Source: the human T2T-CHM13v2.0 reference genome, Homo sapiens. From it: DNA of 64,000 bases. Positions 45,501 to 58,221 of this stretch are shown piece after piece. The stretch covers positions 12,064,001 to 12,128,000 of the forward strand of contig CP068257.2 of the NCBI GenBank assembly GCA_009914755.4, in the 5' to 3' direction. Below the pieces are notes generated by a model. It had not been told where the DNA came from and did not search any database. It worked only from the letters and a program-made list of their open reading frames with translations. The translations under genes and the position numbers were made by a program. The first letter of the stretch is position 1. Every line of letters begins with the position of its first letter.

Positions 45501-46349
45501 CATCTCCACTCTACGGCCTTTTACAGGCTTTCCAATTTTACAGGCCTTTCCAATTTTCCATTCTCATTAGAAAGAGAACTGTGCTTCCAAACAGAAATCA
45601 GGAGTGACCACAAAGCCTGACAACACTTTGCCACCCAGCAAGAACTGGCACAATTGGTTTGGGTCTGCATTGCCATAGTGTCCGAGTTAAAACTACAGGC
45701 CACTCCACCTTGCAAACCTCACGTGGCCTCTGATTTCATTGTGGGTGCATCCACAGGTGGCGCTAGCTCTTTTTTCAGCTGCTCCGAGGATTGGGACCTA
45801 AGTCATCATGAAAAAGGCCCAGGTACAGTCTTAATGTGATAAATCCACTAGCTAAGACGTTGAGTGCCAAGACTAGCCTTCCAGCCAAGGTTTGGACAAA
45901 GTCTCAAGTTCCCATGACTCAGGGTAAGGTGCTGGGGCTGCCAGAGGACCTGCCCCAGCAAGATTTTTCTCAAGAGTGAGACTCCATCAGCCCGGGCAGA
46001 CGTGAGCAGGTTCTTGGCTGGTGTAGACAGCAGCAAACAGCAGAAGGGAAGCCATTCTCACTACATCCTCCCTGCAGTAGCCACAGCCAGGCCCTTAGGA
46101 GGAGCAGCAACCGGGGGTGTCCAGAAACATCCCGTCCCTGGATGGAAACTAGGTCTCGTTTGGATTTTTTTTTCTTTTTTTTGCCATGTTATGAAATTAT
46201 TTATTAATTTACAAGACAGGTTTTATCTCAGCCAAGGAGGGAAATGGCGTCCCTGTCCCTCCCAAAGCACAGAGCAGAGAAATGAGGCTGTTTACATCGC
46301 GAGTCTCCGTGCTGGTGTTTAAGTCATTAAAAAGATATTCAAAAAAAAA
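42522..46349 (+). pseudogene. FEM1A: Processed (retrotransposed) pseudogene of FEM1A (fem-1 homolog A; ankyrin-repeat substrate adaptor of a CUL2 E3 ligase)
   Basis: The CDS-equivalent 42641-44638 translates to the FEM1A protein ('TPLLIAACYGHLDVVEYLVD...GASVEAGGSVHFDGET', 'HLDVVRSLLRRGASVN.TTRTNSTPLRAACF', ... 'KIPYKGFIPEDLEAFIELH*'). Disabling changes: start ATG replaced by AAA/AAG at 42641-43; a +1 insertion near 42690; an in-frame TAG at 42750-52; a 10-bp deletion near 42912. A GC-rich 5'UTR-like leader begins at 42522 and a 3'UTR follows the stop. ATTAAA at 46326-31 is followed by A9 at 46341-49. A perfect 11-bp duplication AAAAGTCTCTA lies at 42511-42521 and 46346-46356, and the insertion site TTT|AAAAG is a typical L1 endonuclease target. 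Confidence 0.85.
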
Positions 46350-48321
46350 GTCTCTAAATACAGGTTTATGGAATAATTCATAACAGCTTTAAGGAACTAT
46401 CATGGTATACTGGGAAAGTCACTCATATTGCAGGATAGATTTCTTCTGTTGGCTGGTGAGCATTTGTTTATAGTCGGCCTTGAATCTACCACAATTTTAG
46501 AAGTAGTTCTTTTATTTCTTTAAAAGCAACATTTTGGGACAAAATATTGTGAACAAATAAGGAATACGACTATATTTGTGAAACCCCTTGTTAATTTCCA
46601 AGTGATATTTTAAATCTTGAATAAGACATGTATGCTCATAAATAAAGAGGAAAAAGAAATAATTAAATCAATGTTCATAAGAGCTTCTCAGAAAATAAGA
46701 AAGAGATAAGTGATAGAACTATAATCTACAATCTACCCTAACAGTATATTTGCATCACTTCTTAAACTTTGTTTAGTATTTTAACACGCTGTTTCTTATT
46801 ATATGGGAAGAATGCTGTGAGGTAGCATGTTAATGTTTTGCAGATTAATAAACTGATGTTAAAAGAGATTAAGTGACTGATTTTGTACTTTCATTATCTC
46901 AAAAGTGCAACTAAAACTGCACTTAGGATTGCCACTCCTGTCGGGGGCCATGGCTTTGGTCCTATTTTCTGCAAGTCTCTGGATGACGTCTGTCCACCCA
47001 CTGTCTCTGAGTGCTCTCCTCACCTCGGCCTTCCTCCCTTATTTTAGTCCAACACCTGTCACCACTCTTCAGAATCCTCATGAAACTTCAGGAAGATCGA
47101 CTGGGTAGGGCTTGTTTCAGAATTATCATCCAGCATTCTAGGGCTGATTTAGAATTCAGAGAAAGAAGCAAAAGCACTTATCAAAGTGTCTGTTCTAGAG
47201 GTAAGCTCAGAGGCACCATGGCAATTCCCACATTTCCCCAGGATGTCTTCAGAAATACCTGATACTGTCATCTCAGGCCCAGATATCATCCACCAGCTGA
47301 AGGCCGTGGGCAACATTCACATCTCAGAGTAAAGAGTGTTTTAGAAGTCCATGGGCAATCACCAGTCATGCAAGGAGTTCCAGGGGCCAGCCAGTTGTTC
47401 CTTTCATGAGTTAGGAGGCAGTAAGGACATCACGGTGATCATTTCCACTGAAAACACAAATTTAAGTCCACTCTGCTACTCAGCAGTTAATGCTGACTTC
47501 TGAAAATTATGAAGCATTTATCACTATGGTCTCCTTCTAGGTTTATCAGTGCAGTCAGCTCAGAAAACTTTCATTCCTTTGGTATATCCAGCTCCAGCTA
47601 ATCAGGTAGGGAACAATGAAAACAGGCTGACATTTGATTCAGAGGTTCTGGAAAGAAAGTGGACCTGGCAACAAAGTGACTGCACTTACAACCCCCCAAC
47701 CTAATGTCATCAGGATCCAGGGTAGACCACCTGGGGCTACTGGGGAGAGAAGACAGTTTCAGAGGCTGTCTATTATAAGCAGCTCTGATTAACATCTTAG
47801 GACCACAAGACAAATTATCATTGGTATTTGAAGGCAAAAGTTCATGGATGATCTGGGCCTGGGTGAGTACCTGGGTCTAACTCACAAGTCTCAGAAAGGC
47901 CCTCTGGGTCCATTCCCGATATATTAACAAAATGCCTGAAACACAGTGGGGTTTGAGCAAATGATAGAATGAATGTTTATGGAAGGACGGTTGTCTGACC
48001 TCTTCTACTATACACTTTTGAGAAAGGTTCTCAGAATGTATGGTTAAAGTATTGTATAGGTTGAGCATTCCTAATCCAAAAATCTGAAATTCACATTTTT
48101 TGAATGCTGACACAATGTTCAAAGGTCATACTCAAAAGGAAATGCTCATTAAAGCTTTGTAGATTTCTGATTTTTGAATTTGGGGTGTCAACCAGTAAGT
48201 TTAATGCAAATGTTGAAAAATTTTTTAAAAATCCAAAACGCATCTTGTCCCGAGAATTTTGGATAAGGAATACTCAAACTGCATTTCAATTGTTTGTTTG
48301 TTTGCTCTGTCTTCAAAAATG

Positions 48322-48622
48322 AGCCAGGTGCAGTGGCTCATGCCTGTACTCCCAGCACTTTGGGAGGCTGAGGTGGGCGGATCACTCGAGGAGTTGGAGA
48401 CCCGCCTGGCCAATATGGCAAAACCCTGTCTCTACTAAAAGTTAAAAAAAACACTTAGTCTGGCATGGTGGCAGGCTAATTTTGTAATCCCAGCTACTCA
48501 GGAGGCTGAGGCAGGAGAATCGCTTGAGCCCAGGAGACAGAGGTTGCCGTGAGCCAAGATTATGTCACTACACTCCAGCCTGGGTGAGAGAGTGAAACTC
48601 TGTCTCAAAAAAAAAAAAAAAG
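48322..48622 (+). mobile_element. Alu SINE
   Basis: 'gagccaggtgcagtggctcatgcctgtactcccagcactttgggaggctgaggtgggcggatcac...' with a long poly-A tail. Confidence 0.9.
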
Positions 48623-50329
48623 AATGAGTTTCTTCAAGAGAGAAATTGTACCTTGTTCATGTCCATCACTCCCATGCATAATATGGTTCCATAAGAACTC
48701 AGTCCTTATGAAACTCCACTCAGTAAGGACTCAGTTTTTTCAGAATGAGCAGACCAAGTAAGAGCAATTACTTATTGTCATGTAGCTCAGATGAGAAAGG
48801 GCTGGGATTTGAGAAAATGCTCTATTACTGAATAGGATCTGGATGGCTGGATTCCATCACAGATGTAAAGCAAGACTACAGTAGTGTGTCCAACAAGATC
48901 GAGTGATAGCAGGTTGTAGTGCAGGTAAGTAGATATCCACGAAGGGTTGCAAATGAAGTTTTGACCTGTCCAAACAGATGGATGCAGTACAAGACAATTT
49001 ATCCTTACAAGAAAGATAGCAAATTGGAATTAGGAATATTTGTCATTTCAGAGGGTCCAAGACAATGGTCCAGGATCCAGGACTGGGGAATCCCTTCCTG
49101 AGGACGATGACAGGTAAAAAAAAGGATCAAGCTGAAGCTCAAAAATCAGACTTGGGTGCCGGGAGAGGAGACTAAGGAACAGACTGAGATCCACTTACCA
49201 GAGCCAGGGTATTGTCTCTGCATAAGCTCAGAGACAAAGAAAAATGATGAAACCACAGCTGGCAGACACGTAGTCATGTAAATCTCCTTAGCATCATTGC
49301 AGGATTCGTGCTGAAAGTCGAGGCAATGGTGAAGCTGCAGGAGGGCTGTAGGTGGTCATAGCTCAGGAAGGAAGGGTCTTTCAGAGACTAGAAACTAGGT
49401 CTGAGCTAAAACATTTGCAATCTTGGATTTCTTTGGGGATGTTCATTCTACTAACAAACCAACACCAATTTAATTTCCTGATGTTTATTTTGGGAGGTTT
49501 ACAAGAATTAATTTCCTTGGAACTGATTTTTTTAAACATCCATTATAGAAAATTCTTTTTCTCACTTGTGAACACCTCTGAAAAAGAAGTATTATTTATA
49601 AAAGTTGGTACCTGTTGAACTATTAGAGTTGTGGGGAAAAGCCTTTACAGGGTTCACAAGAAAAAGCCTTCTCCAACTATGACTTACAGATGTACTCTTA
49701 AAATAATGACTTGACATATTTATATGTATATCATTAGTTTAATATCTTACCTAATTGTCCAACAAACTAATTCAATGTTGTTTGCAATGCATTAAATGAA
49801 CAAAAGATAAACTTGGTAATAGAGAATCCAGAAAGCCTAGTGGCCCATGAAATCACTGGATTTGCAAAGTTATTTTCTCTTCAGCGCTGTGCACTATCTC
49901 AGAACAAAATCTGTTGGCAAAGCACTTTATTGGCAACCAATGCGTTAGAATATAGAGACATTAGGAACGCCACATGGGGTCCAACCAATGCTCCATCCAG
50001 GCCAGCCTAGTGCAAAAGCAACATGAGTGGATTTTGGAGAGCGAGGTTGCCTGATGTGGTATCAGTTTGTAGTGTTGGAATTATTTAAAATATCTTCCCA
50101 AAATCATTTTGTGAACTAACATGGAACTCTATCATTTCAGACAAATCCCTTGATTTTTTCCCACAGCTCTCCCTCTTTGTGTTAGAGTTCCATACATGTA
50201 ATGCCCAATATGTGAAGAGAAAATTAACATTCCCCTTTTTCTACTTGCAGACTTCCAAACATTTACTGAAACCTTAAACTCTTACTGATTCTTTAAACTG
50301 TCCCCATTCCAGTTTTCTCTACAGCAAGT

Positions 50330-50480
50330 AGCTCTCAATGTGTAGTCCTCAGATGGGCAGCATCCACTGGAAAACTGCTAGGAATGCACATTCTCAGGCC
50401 TCACCCAAGATCTGCTGAATCAGAAGCTCTGGGGTGGAACCCAACAACCTGCATTTTAACAAGCCTTCCAGATGACTCTG
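50330..50480 (+). mobile_element. MLT1-type MaLR LTR fragment (tentative)
   Basis: 'ctaggaatgcacattctcaggcctcacccaagatctgctgaatcagaagctctggggtggaacccaacaacctgcattttaacaagccttccagatgactctgaagcatgc' matches the MLT1 core. It belongs to the same family as the fragment at 29260. Confidence 0.45.
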
Positions 50481-52539
50481 AAGCATGCTCCATACTGACA
50501 ACTAATGCAATGCATTATGGTAAATTTGCCCACCCACCCTCTGGCCAAAATAACATCTAATTGCATTTCCTTTTTAGTTTGATGAGTACTTATCTCGGTA
50601 TCTTTTAATTCACCTGATGTTTCTGTTGGTAACAAAACCAACAAAAACGTTGTAAATTTGGTACACTGAAATGCAAAATAAGAGTGAAGGAGAGGACACT
50701 GGTAGTGAAATCAACAACTATAAAGCAGTTTGGGGAAATTCAGTTTAGGGACAGGCATTATATCTCAAAAATCCAGTGAGCATCACATTATAAAAGCACG
50801 GCTCCAAAGGTGACGATTTCATGTGAGGACCCTTCAGTCACAAACAGAGGATTAGCTCACGTTCATTATTTCCAAATTTCCCTCACCAAAGCACACATTA
50901 TTAAGGCATTTTTGAGACATTTTTATCAAAATGAAAATGTGTTTGACAATGGAGCAAACTGAGATATATGAAATATTTACTTGTTTGAATATCTGAAGAT
51001 ACTAGAAATGTGTCCTTAATTTACTCTGTCTTATATGAAATGTAAACCAATGCTATCCATTAGCTTCTAAACATGTTCCAACTGATGCATGTTGCAACTG
51101 TTCCAGCCCTGTTGCATAGGACAAGACTCAGTTTTTTCAGAATGAGCAGACGAAGTAAGACCAATTACTTATTGTCATTGAAGTTTGTGGTTTTTGTTCA
51201 AATTTTATAAGGGTACAATATAATGTGTTTAATCATCATGGTGGCCACTTTTTATACATAGCTTTTTAAAAACTTAAATGCAAACTTCACAACCTTTGCC
51301 TCATACTGAATGAGGCCTCATAACAAGCCCTCCAGATGAGTCAGTACCAGTAGAAGTCTGATTTCACATTCCATGAGTGTTTGCTGAAGGAGAATACATG
51401 TGCCTGTGTTCTGCTGGGCATTTCTGAAGGATATTGACAAGCACAGCATATAAATCCTAGGCTAGCTGTGTCACAGATTGGCACAATGGCAGAAAGAATA
51501 TCTCTGTGAATTTACATCCCGGCAGAGGCAAATCAATCAGTCAACTATGGAGTTGATTGATTTCCATTGTTAAATTCAATTGGAAAAAAAAGTTGAAATT
51601 TTCTCATATTCTTTGTCATCTAATATCTGTGTTTTTCTCTGTTCAGTTACTCTTCTCTGGATTTCAAATAGAATTTCTAATAATAAACGTGTACCAATTC
51701 TATCATCAAGCTGTTTATGTTCTTTACATTTCTGTTCTTGATAATTATATGCTAGTCTTTGAATATGAAGATAATGCTTCTGACCCAATATTCATAATGC
51801 ATGTGCCTCGAGTTGTTATTTTTTGCAAGAGAAATAAGTTTATTTTGATCTGATACATTTTCTTTCCCAGTCTTCATGTGACCAGCAGCACCAACTGCAA
51901 GACTGTCTGTCACCTGAGTGTGACTTGCAACCAAGCACATGTGGGAATTCAGTGAAGGCCCCTGCCTTGACCTCATTATCAACAGGAACCAGCCAAAGAC
52001 AGTGGTCACTCTTTATCCATGTAAATAGACACCGTAATTTATTTTCAAAAAAATCCAAAGGAAAAAATTTAAGGCCATTATAATACCAGAAATCTGCACT
52101 GTGAGTACTTGGAAGATGACAGTTGATAAAGCTGGGAGGTTTACAATGACTAGATTGTCAGAAGGGGTTAAATGTATGTTCTAATAATAAGAGAACAAGA
52201 AAAAAGAATGCCCTGGTGAAGTGTAAATTTAAAATACAGTGGTACATTTTAGGAAAACCAAAAATCAATCCATGAACTTTGAAATGAAGGGAGATAGTTC
52301 TGAGAGAACTAGAGGAACTGGACTTGAGATCCAAGATTACAATTTACTCAATTTTTTATAGATACTTTAAGTATGGAAAATTTAATTTTATTCTTATAGA
52401 TAGTAAGGTATAATACAGAATATAAAGTCCATTAAATTAAGGTGATTATAGATCCTGGTTTTCTTGACACTCCTATATCATGCTGATGGTTCCTGTGTGA
52501 ATATTAACATTACCCCCTTCAATTCACAAGTGTCTTGCA

Positions 52540-52577
52540 CTGTGTGTGTGTGTGTGCGCGCACACGTGCGTGTGTAG
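52540..52577. repeat. (TG)n microsatellite with a GC-interrupted end
   Basis: 'tgtgtgtgtgtgtgtgcgcgcacacgtgcgtgtgt'. Confidence 0.8.
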
Positions 52578-55559
52578 CTTTTGGTTTTATTCTTGTTTGT
52601 TTGTTTTGCAAAAATGAAATAATAGCAAACATGTGATCCTGAAACTTTCTTCACTGAATACGTATCTTAGAATCTTTATTTTTCTTATTATTCAAAATAA
52701 TTCATTTTTTAACCTACTACTTACTCATCATTGAATATAGTTATTTAATCCTCTTTTAAAACCATTTGAATTGTTTTAAATTTTGTCCTACTGCAAATAA
52801 TTTCATCATATTCTTTTAACCTATAACTGCACATATGTTTTAGTATTTCTGTAGGTTAAATTTTTGGAAATGGTATCAGATCAAAAAAGTTAACATTAAA
52901 GTCATAATCAATATTCCCAAATGTAGACACATTTTTGAATCTTCAACTTAATCACTTTCATAAAATTTCAACTTTCCTTAATAATACTTCCAATTTAAAC
53001 TAAGGAGCTTTAATTGTTTAGGACCACAAAGATTTCTATCAGAGGGAGGACAAAACGTGAAATATTTTGTTTTGTAACTTATTTGTTGCAAAAAAACATC
53101 ACTGCTGTTTGGAAATTGAGAAACTGTCCAAACAAGTACACTATGGACAACAAATGTCGTGAACTGCCTGTCCACACTGAGGTTTGAGAGCCACAGGAGA
53201 CTTGAGACTTCTTCTAAGACAGTTTAAAGAAGTCTCATTTATTTGTCTTTTTATACAATGTAGCAAATCAATATATTAAATAATATAAGAACACCAAGCT
53301 TTCTTACATATAAAACTAGAGTAACCTATCAAACAAAGCTGTTCCACGTAACTGAGAACTCATTAACCCTGAGGTACTAGGAATATATGAAGTCAGTGCA
53401 ATAGCAGGCGATAGCCTGTCACGTGCAACTAGGGCTGCTGGTGGGGAAAAGTACAACATCCCAGATTCGTCAGTGATGTGGCTGGATTGTTGGGTGTGAG
53501 AAATGCACCAGCCCTGACTCAGAGATGCCCTCTCTTGCTCATCTTCCTGTCATTCTGGTGCTGAACACCTGTGCCCACCCATAGTGACCTGTGACCGAGG
53601 GCATGGGCACCAACACCTTCCCTATCTCCCTGTCTTTTTTCTTTCCCTCTTTTCCCTTTATTCATTCCACTATCCTTCTTCCTCCCCCTCACAACCCCAA
53701 CTCTTTTCATATCATCAACAAATGGCAAGTACAGGCCCTGAGGAAGACACAGATGACTAAGATGGAGCTTCTGCCCTTGAAAAGCCCCTGATCTAGTCTG
53801 GGAGACTGACATATAATCAGAGGATCAGATAGCCTGATGAATACCATGATCATGTGCCTGACACCTTAGAGTAAAGAAAATGTGGCATCTCATGTTGCTA
53901 GGAGGAATCAGGACAGCTTTGCAGAGCACCAGGTGTTTGTGATGCATCTGCAAGTTCATTGTCTTTGAGTGTAGGAAACCACCATTGGAGCATATAGGCT
54001 GGACCTAGGAACCCTGGGCTCTGCACCAAACACAGGCTCCTGAATGGAAGATAGGTGACATTGTCACTGTCCTCAGTCCCTGCCCTGGCTTGCCTAGAAT
54101 GCAATAAATTAAGTTGTTATAGGTGGTGTGTACTTGTACCTAAAGATGTCACTGCTAGCTGAGAGGAAATAAGCCCCTGAAGATTGTTAGGGCAGTGAAA
54201 TTATTCTTTAAGATACTGTTATGGGAAATATATGACATAATGCATTTAGCAAAGCCCATAGAACCGTACAACACAGGGACTAAATCCTAATATAAACTGT
54301 GGATGTTAGTTAATCATAATGCATGAATATTGGTTCATCAGTTGTAACAAATGTGCCACACCAACACAAAATGTTAACAATAGGAAAAACCAGAGGCTGG
54401 TGGGGGAAGAGAGTATACAGGAACCCCATATATTTTGCTCACATTTTCTGAAAACCTAAAACTGGTCTAAAAATCAAAGTCTATTAATTTTTTTAAACAC
54501 CTTGAAACAGTATGTCTATCTTCTATTAGTTCCCTGCCTTTGTGAAAATAAGAGCAGACTTTTGGTTTTTCTTCTTTAGGACAAGAATTATATTTTTATA
54601 ATAACTCCTCCATTTCTTTTGATATATCTAATTATTTCTTTAATAACTGGATCAAACACTTTAATATTAATGAAGGTAGAGCCAATAGGATATCCTGGTA
54701 GATTGGAAGAGACAGTGAGAGAAACAGAGGCATAAAGGATGATGCTGAAGTTTTTGGCTTGAGCAAGAAGAAGCAGGGCTGGTACTAGGGTGAGCCAAGT
54801 GAGATGCTGAGGGCATACAATTTAAGGAGGCCCTTGCATAGCCATGCAAAAGCAAGGTCAGCACTTCCTTGATGCTCTGAATGCCTTAAAGTTTGTGCCT
54901 AAGTGGTTGGCTTACTTCACTCTTGTCCTAGTCCTGACTGGATCAATGATATCACCATCCACTGAGTTGGGGCAGGCTGAGCAGAAGCAAATTTGGGGAG
55001 GCTGGATTGAATATAGAAGCTTGGTTCCGGACATGTTGACTTTGAGATGGCCATTGAACATTCAAGTGGAGACATCAGGTAGTCAGCTGGATCTCTGAGT
55101 CTATATCTCAGGAAAGAGGCTGAGACTAAAGTTATGTATTTAGAAGTTATCACAAGACTAGATGAACTCATGAAGAAAGTGAGTGTGAATGGATAGTTAG
55201 ATGGATAAGGGAAGAGTTTCAAGGCCTGAGCCATGAAATACTTCTATTTGTCAGAAAGAAAAAGAGGAGCCAGCAAGGAACCTTGAAAAAGAGCAGGCAA
55301 TAAGAGAAGGAACACTGGCAGTGTACATTCCTGGAAGACAAGACAATGCTTCAAGGAGTAGAGAGTAATAAGTTGTGTTTCATGCTGCTAGAGTTGAGTT
55401 AGACAAAGCTTGAAACTAGAACTTTGGTGTTAGTAGCATTGAGGTCATCGACGATGTTGACTAAAACAGTTTTGGTGGAGAGATGACAACAGAAGCCTGA
55501 ACAGAGTGCACTGAAGAGAGAAGAAGAGAGGAGAGAAATTTGATTCTGCATATACATAA

Positions 55560-55660
55560 AACTCTTTCAAGGTCTTTTAGAAAGAGGAAGGAAGATAGAA
55601 AGAGAGAGACAGACAGACAGAGTGAGAGAGATGAGAGAGAAGCCAGAGGGGGAAGAGAGG
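55560..55660. repeat. Purine-rich (GA/GAGA-like) low-complexity tract
   Basis: 'agaaagaggaaggaagatagaaagagagagacagacagacagagtgagagagatgagagagaagccagagggggaagagagg'. Confidence 0.6.
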
Positions 55661-56387
55661 TCCAGAATTTAATACTTTCCCAGTTTTTCCAACTTGCATC
55701 TCAACCCCTTATCTCTGGGTTTTAGCAGTGGATACTTTGAGATTCTAATATTTATCTCCTCAGAACGTGAGATGCAGAAGAGGAGATAGGAAATTGAGAT
55801 AATAACTACTTTCTTCTGATGGGTGGGAAAAATTCTATATGAGAGTTTTTCTACCAAGACACATGTGAAAGGAAGTGGCAACATGTGGCAATTCATCTAA
55901 GATCAACAACTTTTTTTCTCTGTTTGAATTTGTTGATTTGGAAGTTATTTGTCTGGCTCTGCAACAGAATCATTATTTGCTCTACCAATTTTTCTAAAGT
56001 CTCACATGCTGATGCCAGTTAAAAAAGAATACATTTTAGTCTGTCAACTTTTGCTTACAAAAGAGGATCTAAAAGTGTGTTCCAAGGTAATTTGAACAGA
56101 CTCTTTCAAGATAGCGCATATTTTAGTAGATCCACAGAACAGTAAATATAACTTGATAATCACCCCCAACATTTCTTGCATTGGAAAATTGAATTGGCAG
56201 GTTTGCATAATAAAGGGCTAAAATTATGAACCACACAAGATTTGCCTGAAACTTGATTGTTCAGGCTCAAAATTCTCTACTGAATACTCTTGTGCTTGCT
56301 TTTGTATTTATCCATTTTCATGAAACTGCTTAGGGCAGACATTTCTTTTTTAAATCTTTTTTCATAAAAATAAATTGTAATAAATAT

Positions 56388-57868
56388 GCCGGCGGATGGT
56401 AGAGATGCCGACCCTACCGAGGAGCAGATGGCAGAAACAGAGAGAAACGACGAGGAGCAGTTCGAATGCCAGGAACGGCTCAAGTGCCAGGTGCAGGTGG
56501 GGGCCCCCGAGGAGGAGGAGGAGGACGCGGGCCTGGTGGCCAAGGCCGAGGCCGTGGCTGCAGGCTGGATGCTCGATTTCCTCCGCTTCTCTCTTTGCCG
56601 AGCTTTCCGCGACGGCCGCTCGGAGGACTTCTGCAGGATCCGCAACAGGGCAGAGGCTATTATTCATGGACTATCCAGTCTAACAGCTTACCAGTTGAGA
56701 ACGATATACATATGTCAGTTTTTGACAAGAATTGCAGCAGGAAAAACCCTTGATGCACAGTTTGAAAATGATGAATGAATTACACCCTTGGAATCAGCCC
56801 TGATGATTTGGGGTTCAACTGAAAAGGAACATGACAAACTTCAAGAAGAAATACAGAATTTAATTAAAATTCAGGCTATAGCTGTTTGTATGGAAAATGG
56901 CAACTTTAAAGAAGCAGAAGTCTTTGAAAGAATATTTGGTGATCCAAATTCTTATATGCCTCTCAAAAGCAAATTGCTTATGATAATCTCTCAGAAAGAT
57001 ACATTTCATTCCTTTTTTCAACACTTCAGCTACAATCACATGATGGAGAAAATTAAGAGTTATGTGAATTATGTGCTAAGTGAAAAATCATCAACCTTTC
57101 TAATGAAGGCAGCAGCAAAAGTAGTAGAAAGTAAAAGAACAAGAACAATAACTTCTCAAGATAAAGCTAATGAAAATTATGTTGAAACGGAAACTGAAGC
57201 TAATTTGGATACAAGAAAAAGGTCTCACAAGAATCTTTTCTTATCTAAGTTACAACATGGGACCCAGCAACAAGACCTTAATAAGAAAGAAAGAAGAGTA
57301 GGAACTCTTCAAAGTACAAAAAAGAAAAAAGAAAGCAGAAGAGCCACTGAAAGCAGAATACCTGTTTCAAAGAGTCAACCGGTAACTCCTGAAAAACATC
57401 GAGCTAGAAAAAGACAGGCATGGCTTCAGGAAGAAGACAAGAATTTGAGATCTGGCATGAGGAAATATGGAGAGGGAATTATAAATTCAACAACCGGACA
57501 AGTGTCATGTTAAAAGACAGATGGAGGACCATGAAGAAACTAAAACTGATTTGCTCAGACAGCGAAGACTGATTGTGTTTGTAAAAGCTTGATGAAAGGA
57601 CAGTTAAGTATTTTGATCACTGCATTTTGTTTGAAACTTGTGTCATTGATGTATTTTAAAACTTTTGTTTAAGCATTACAGTATTTTTCTGTGACCATCA
57701 ATTAATATGAGGGTTTGTGCTATAAGAGTTAGAGCATATGCTATCATTGTATTCTTTAAGAACTTTATTTTGATAAAATGTAAATTTGTTGAACCCTGCC
57801 ACATTTAGTATCCCCACCCCCAAAACCTGTTCCAATGAAAAAATTAAAACCTGTTACGAAAAAAAAAT
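56388..57868 (+). pseudogene. TERF1: Processed pseudogene of TERF1 (telomeric repeat-binding factor 1), derived from the exon-skipped Pin2 isoform and 5'-truncated
   Basis: Intronless and collinear with the TRF1 protein: 'ADGRDADPTEEQMAETERNDEEQFECQ...AAGWMLDFL...CRAFRDGRSEDF...AEAIIHGLSSLTA.QLRTIYICQFLTRIAAGKTLDAQFENDE', then TGA at 56776-78 (a CGA>TGA, R>stop change at a CpG), then 'ITPLESALMIWGS.EKEHDKL.EEIQNLIKIQAIAVCMENGNFKEAE.VFERIFGDPNS.MP.KSKLLMIISQKDTFHSFFQHFSYNHMMEKIKSYVNYVLSEKSSTFLMKAAAKVVESKRTRTITSQDK...TEANLDTRK|RSHKNLFLSKLQHGTQQQDLNKKERRVGT.QSTKKKKESRRATESRIPVSKSQPVTPEKHRARKRQAWL.EEDKNLRSG.RKYGEG'. The 20-aa alternative exon is absent, as in Pin2. A deletion of about 22 bp inside the Myb domain (after 'GEG', about 57477) shifts the frame; the downstream 'KDRWRTMKKLKLI.SDSED*' is out of frame. 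The short 3'UTR ends in a poly-A tail at 57859-57867. Confidence 0.9.
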
Positions 57869-57918
57869 TCAGTTAACCTATTTTGTGTCTGTAGGCTGAC
57901 CTCAACACTGTAACATAA

Positions 57919-58221
<303 letters not shown>

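Noticed and set aside
56396-56753. Alternative-frame ORFs overlapping the TERF1 retrocopy (56396-56683, 56466-56753, 56277-56667 on the minus strand)
   Set aside because: These are out-of-frame or antisense readings of the GC-rich TERF1 acidic N-terminal region. Only the TRF1 frame has homology.
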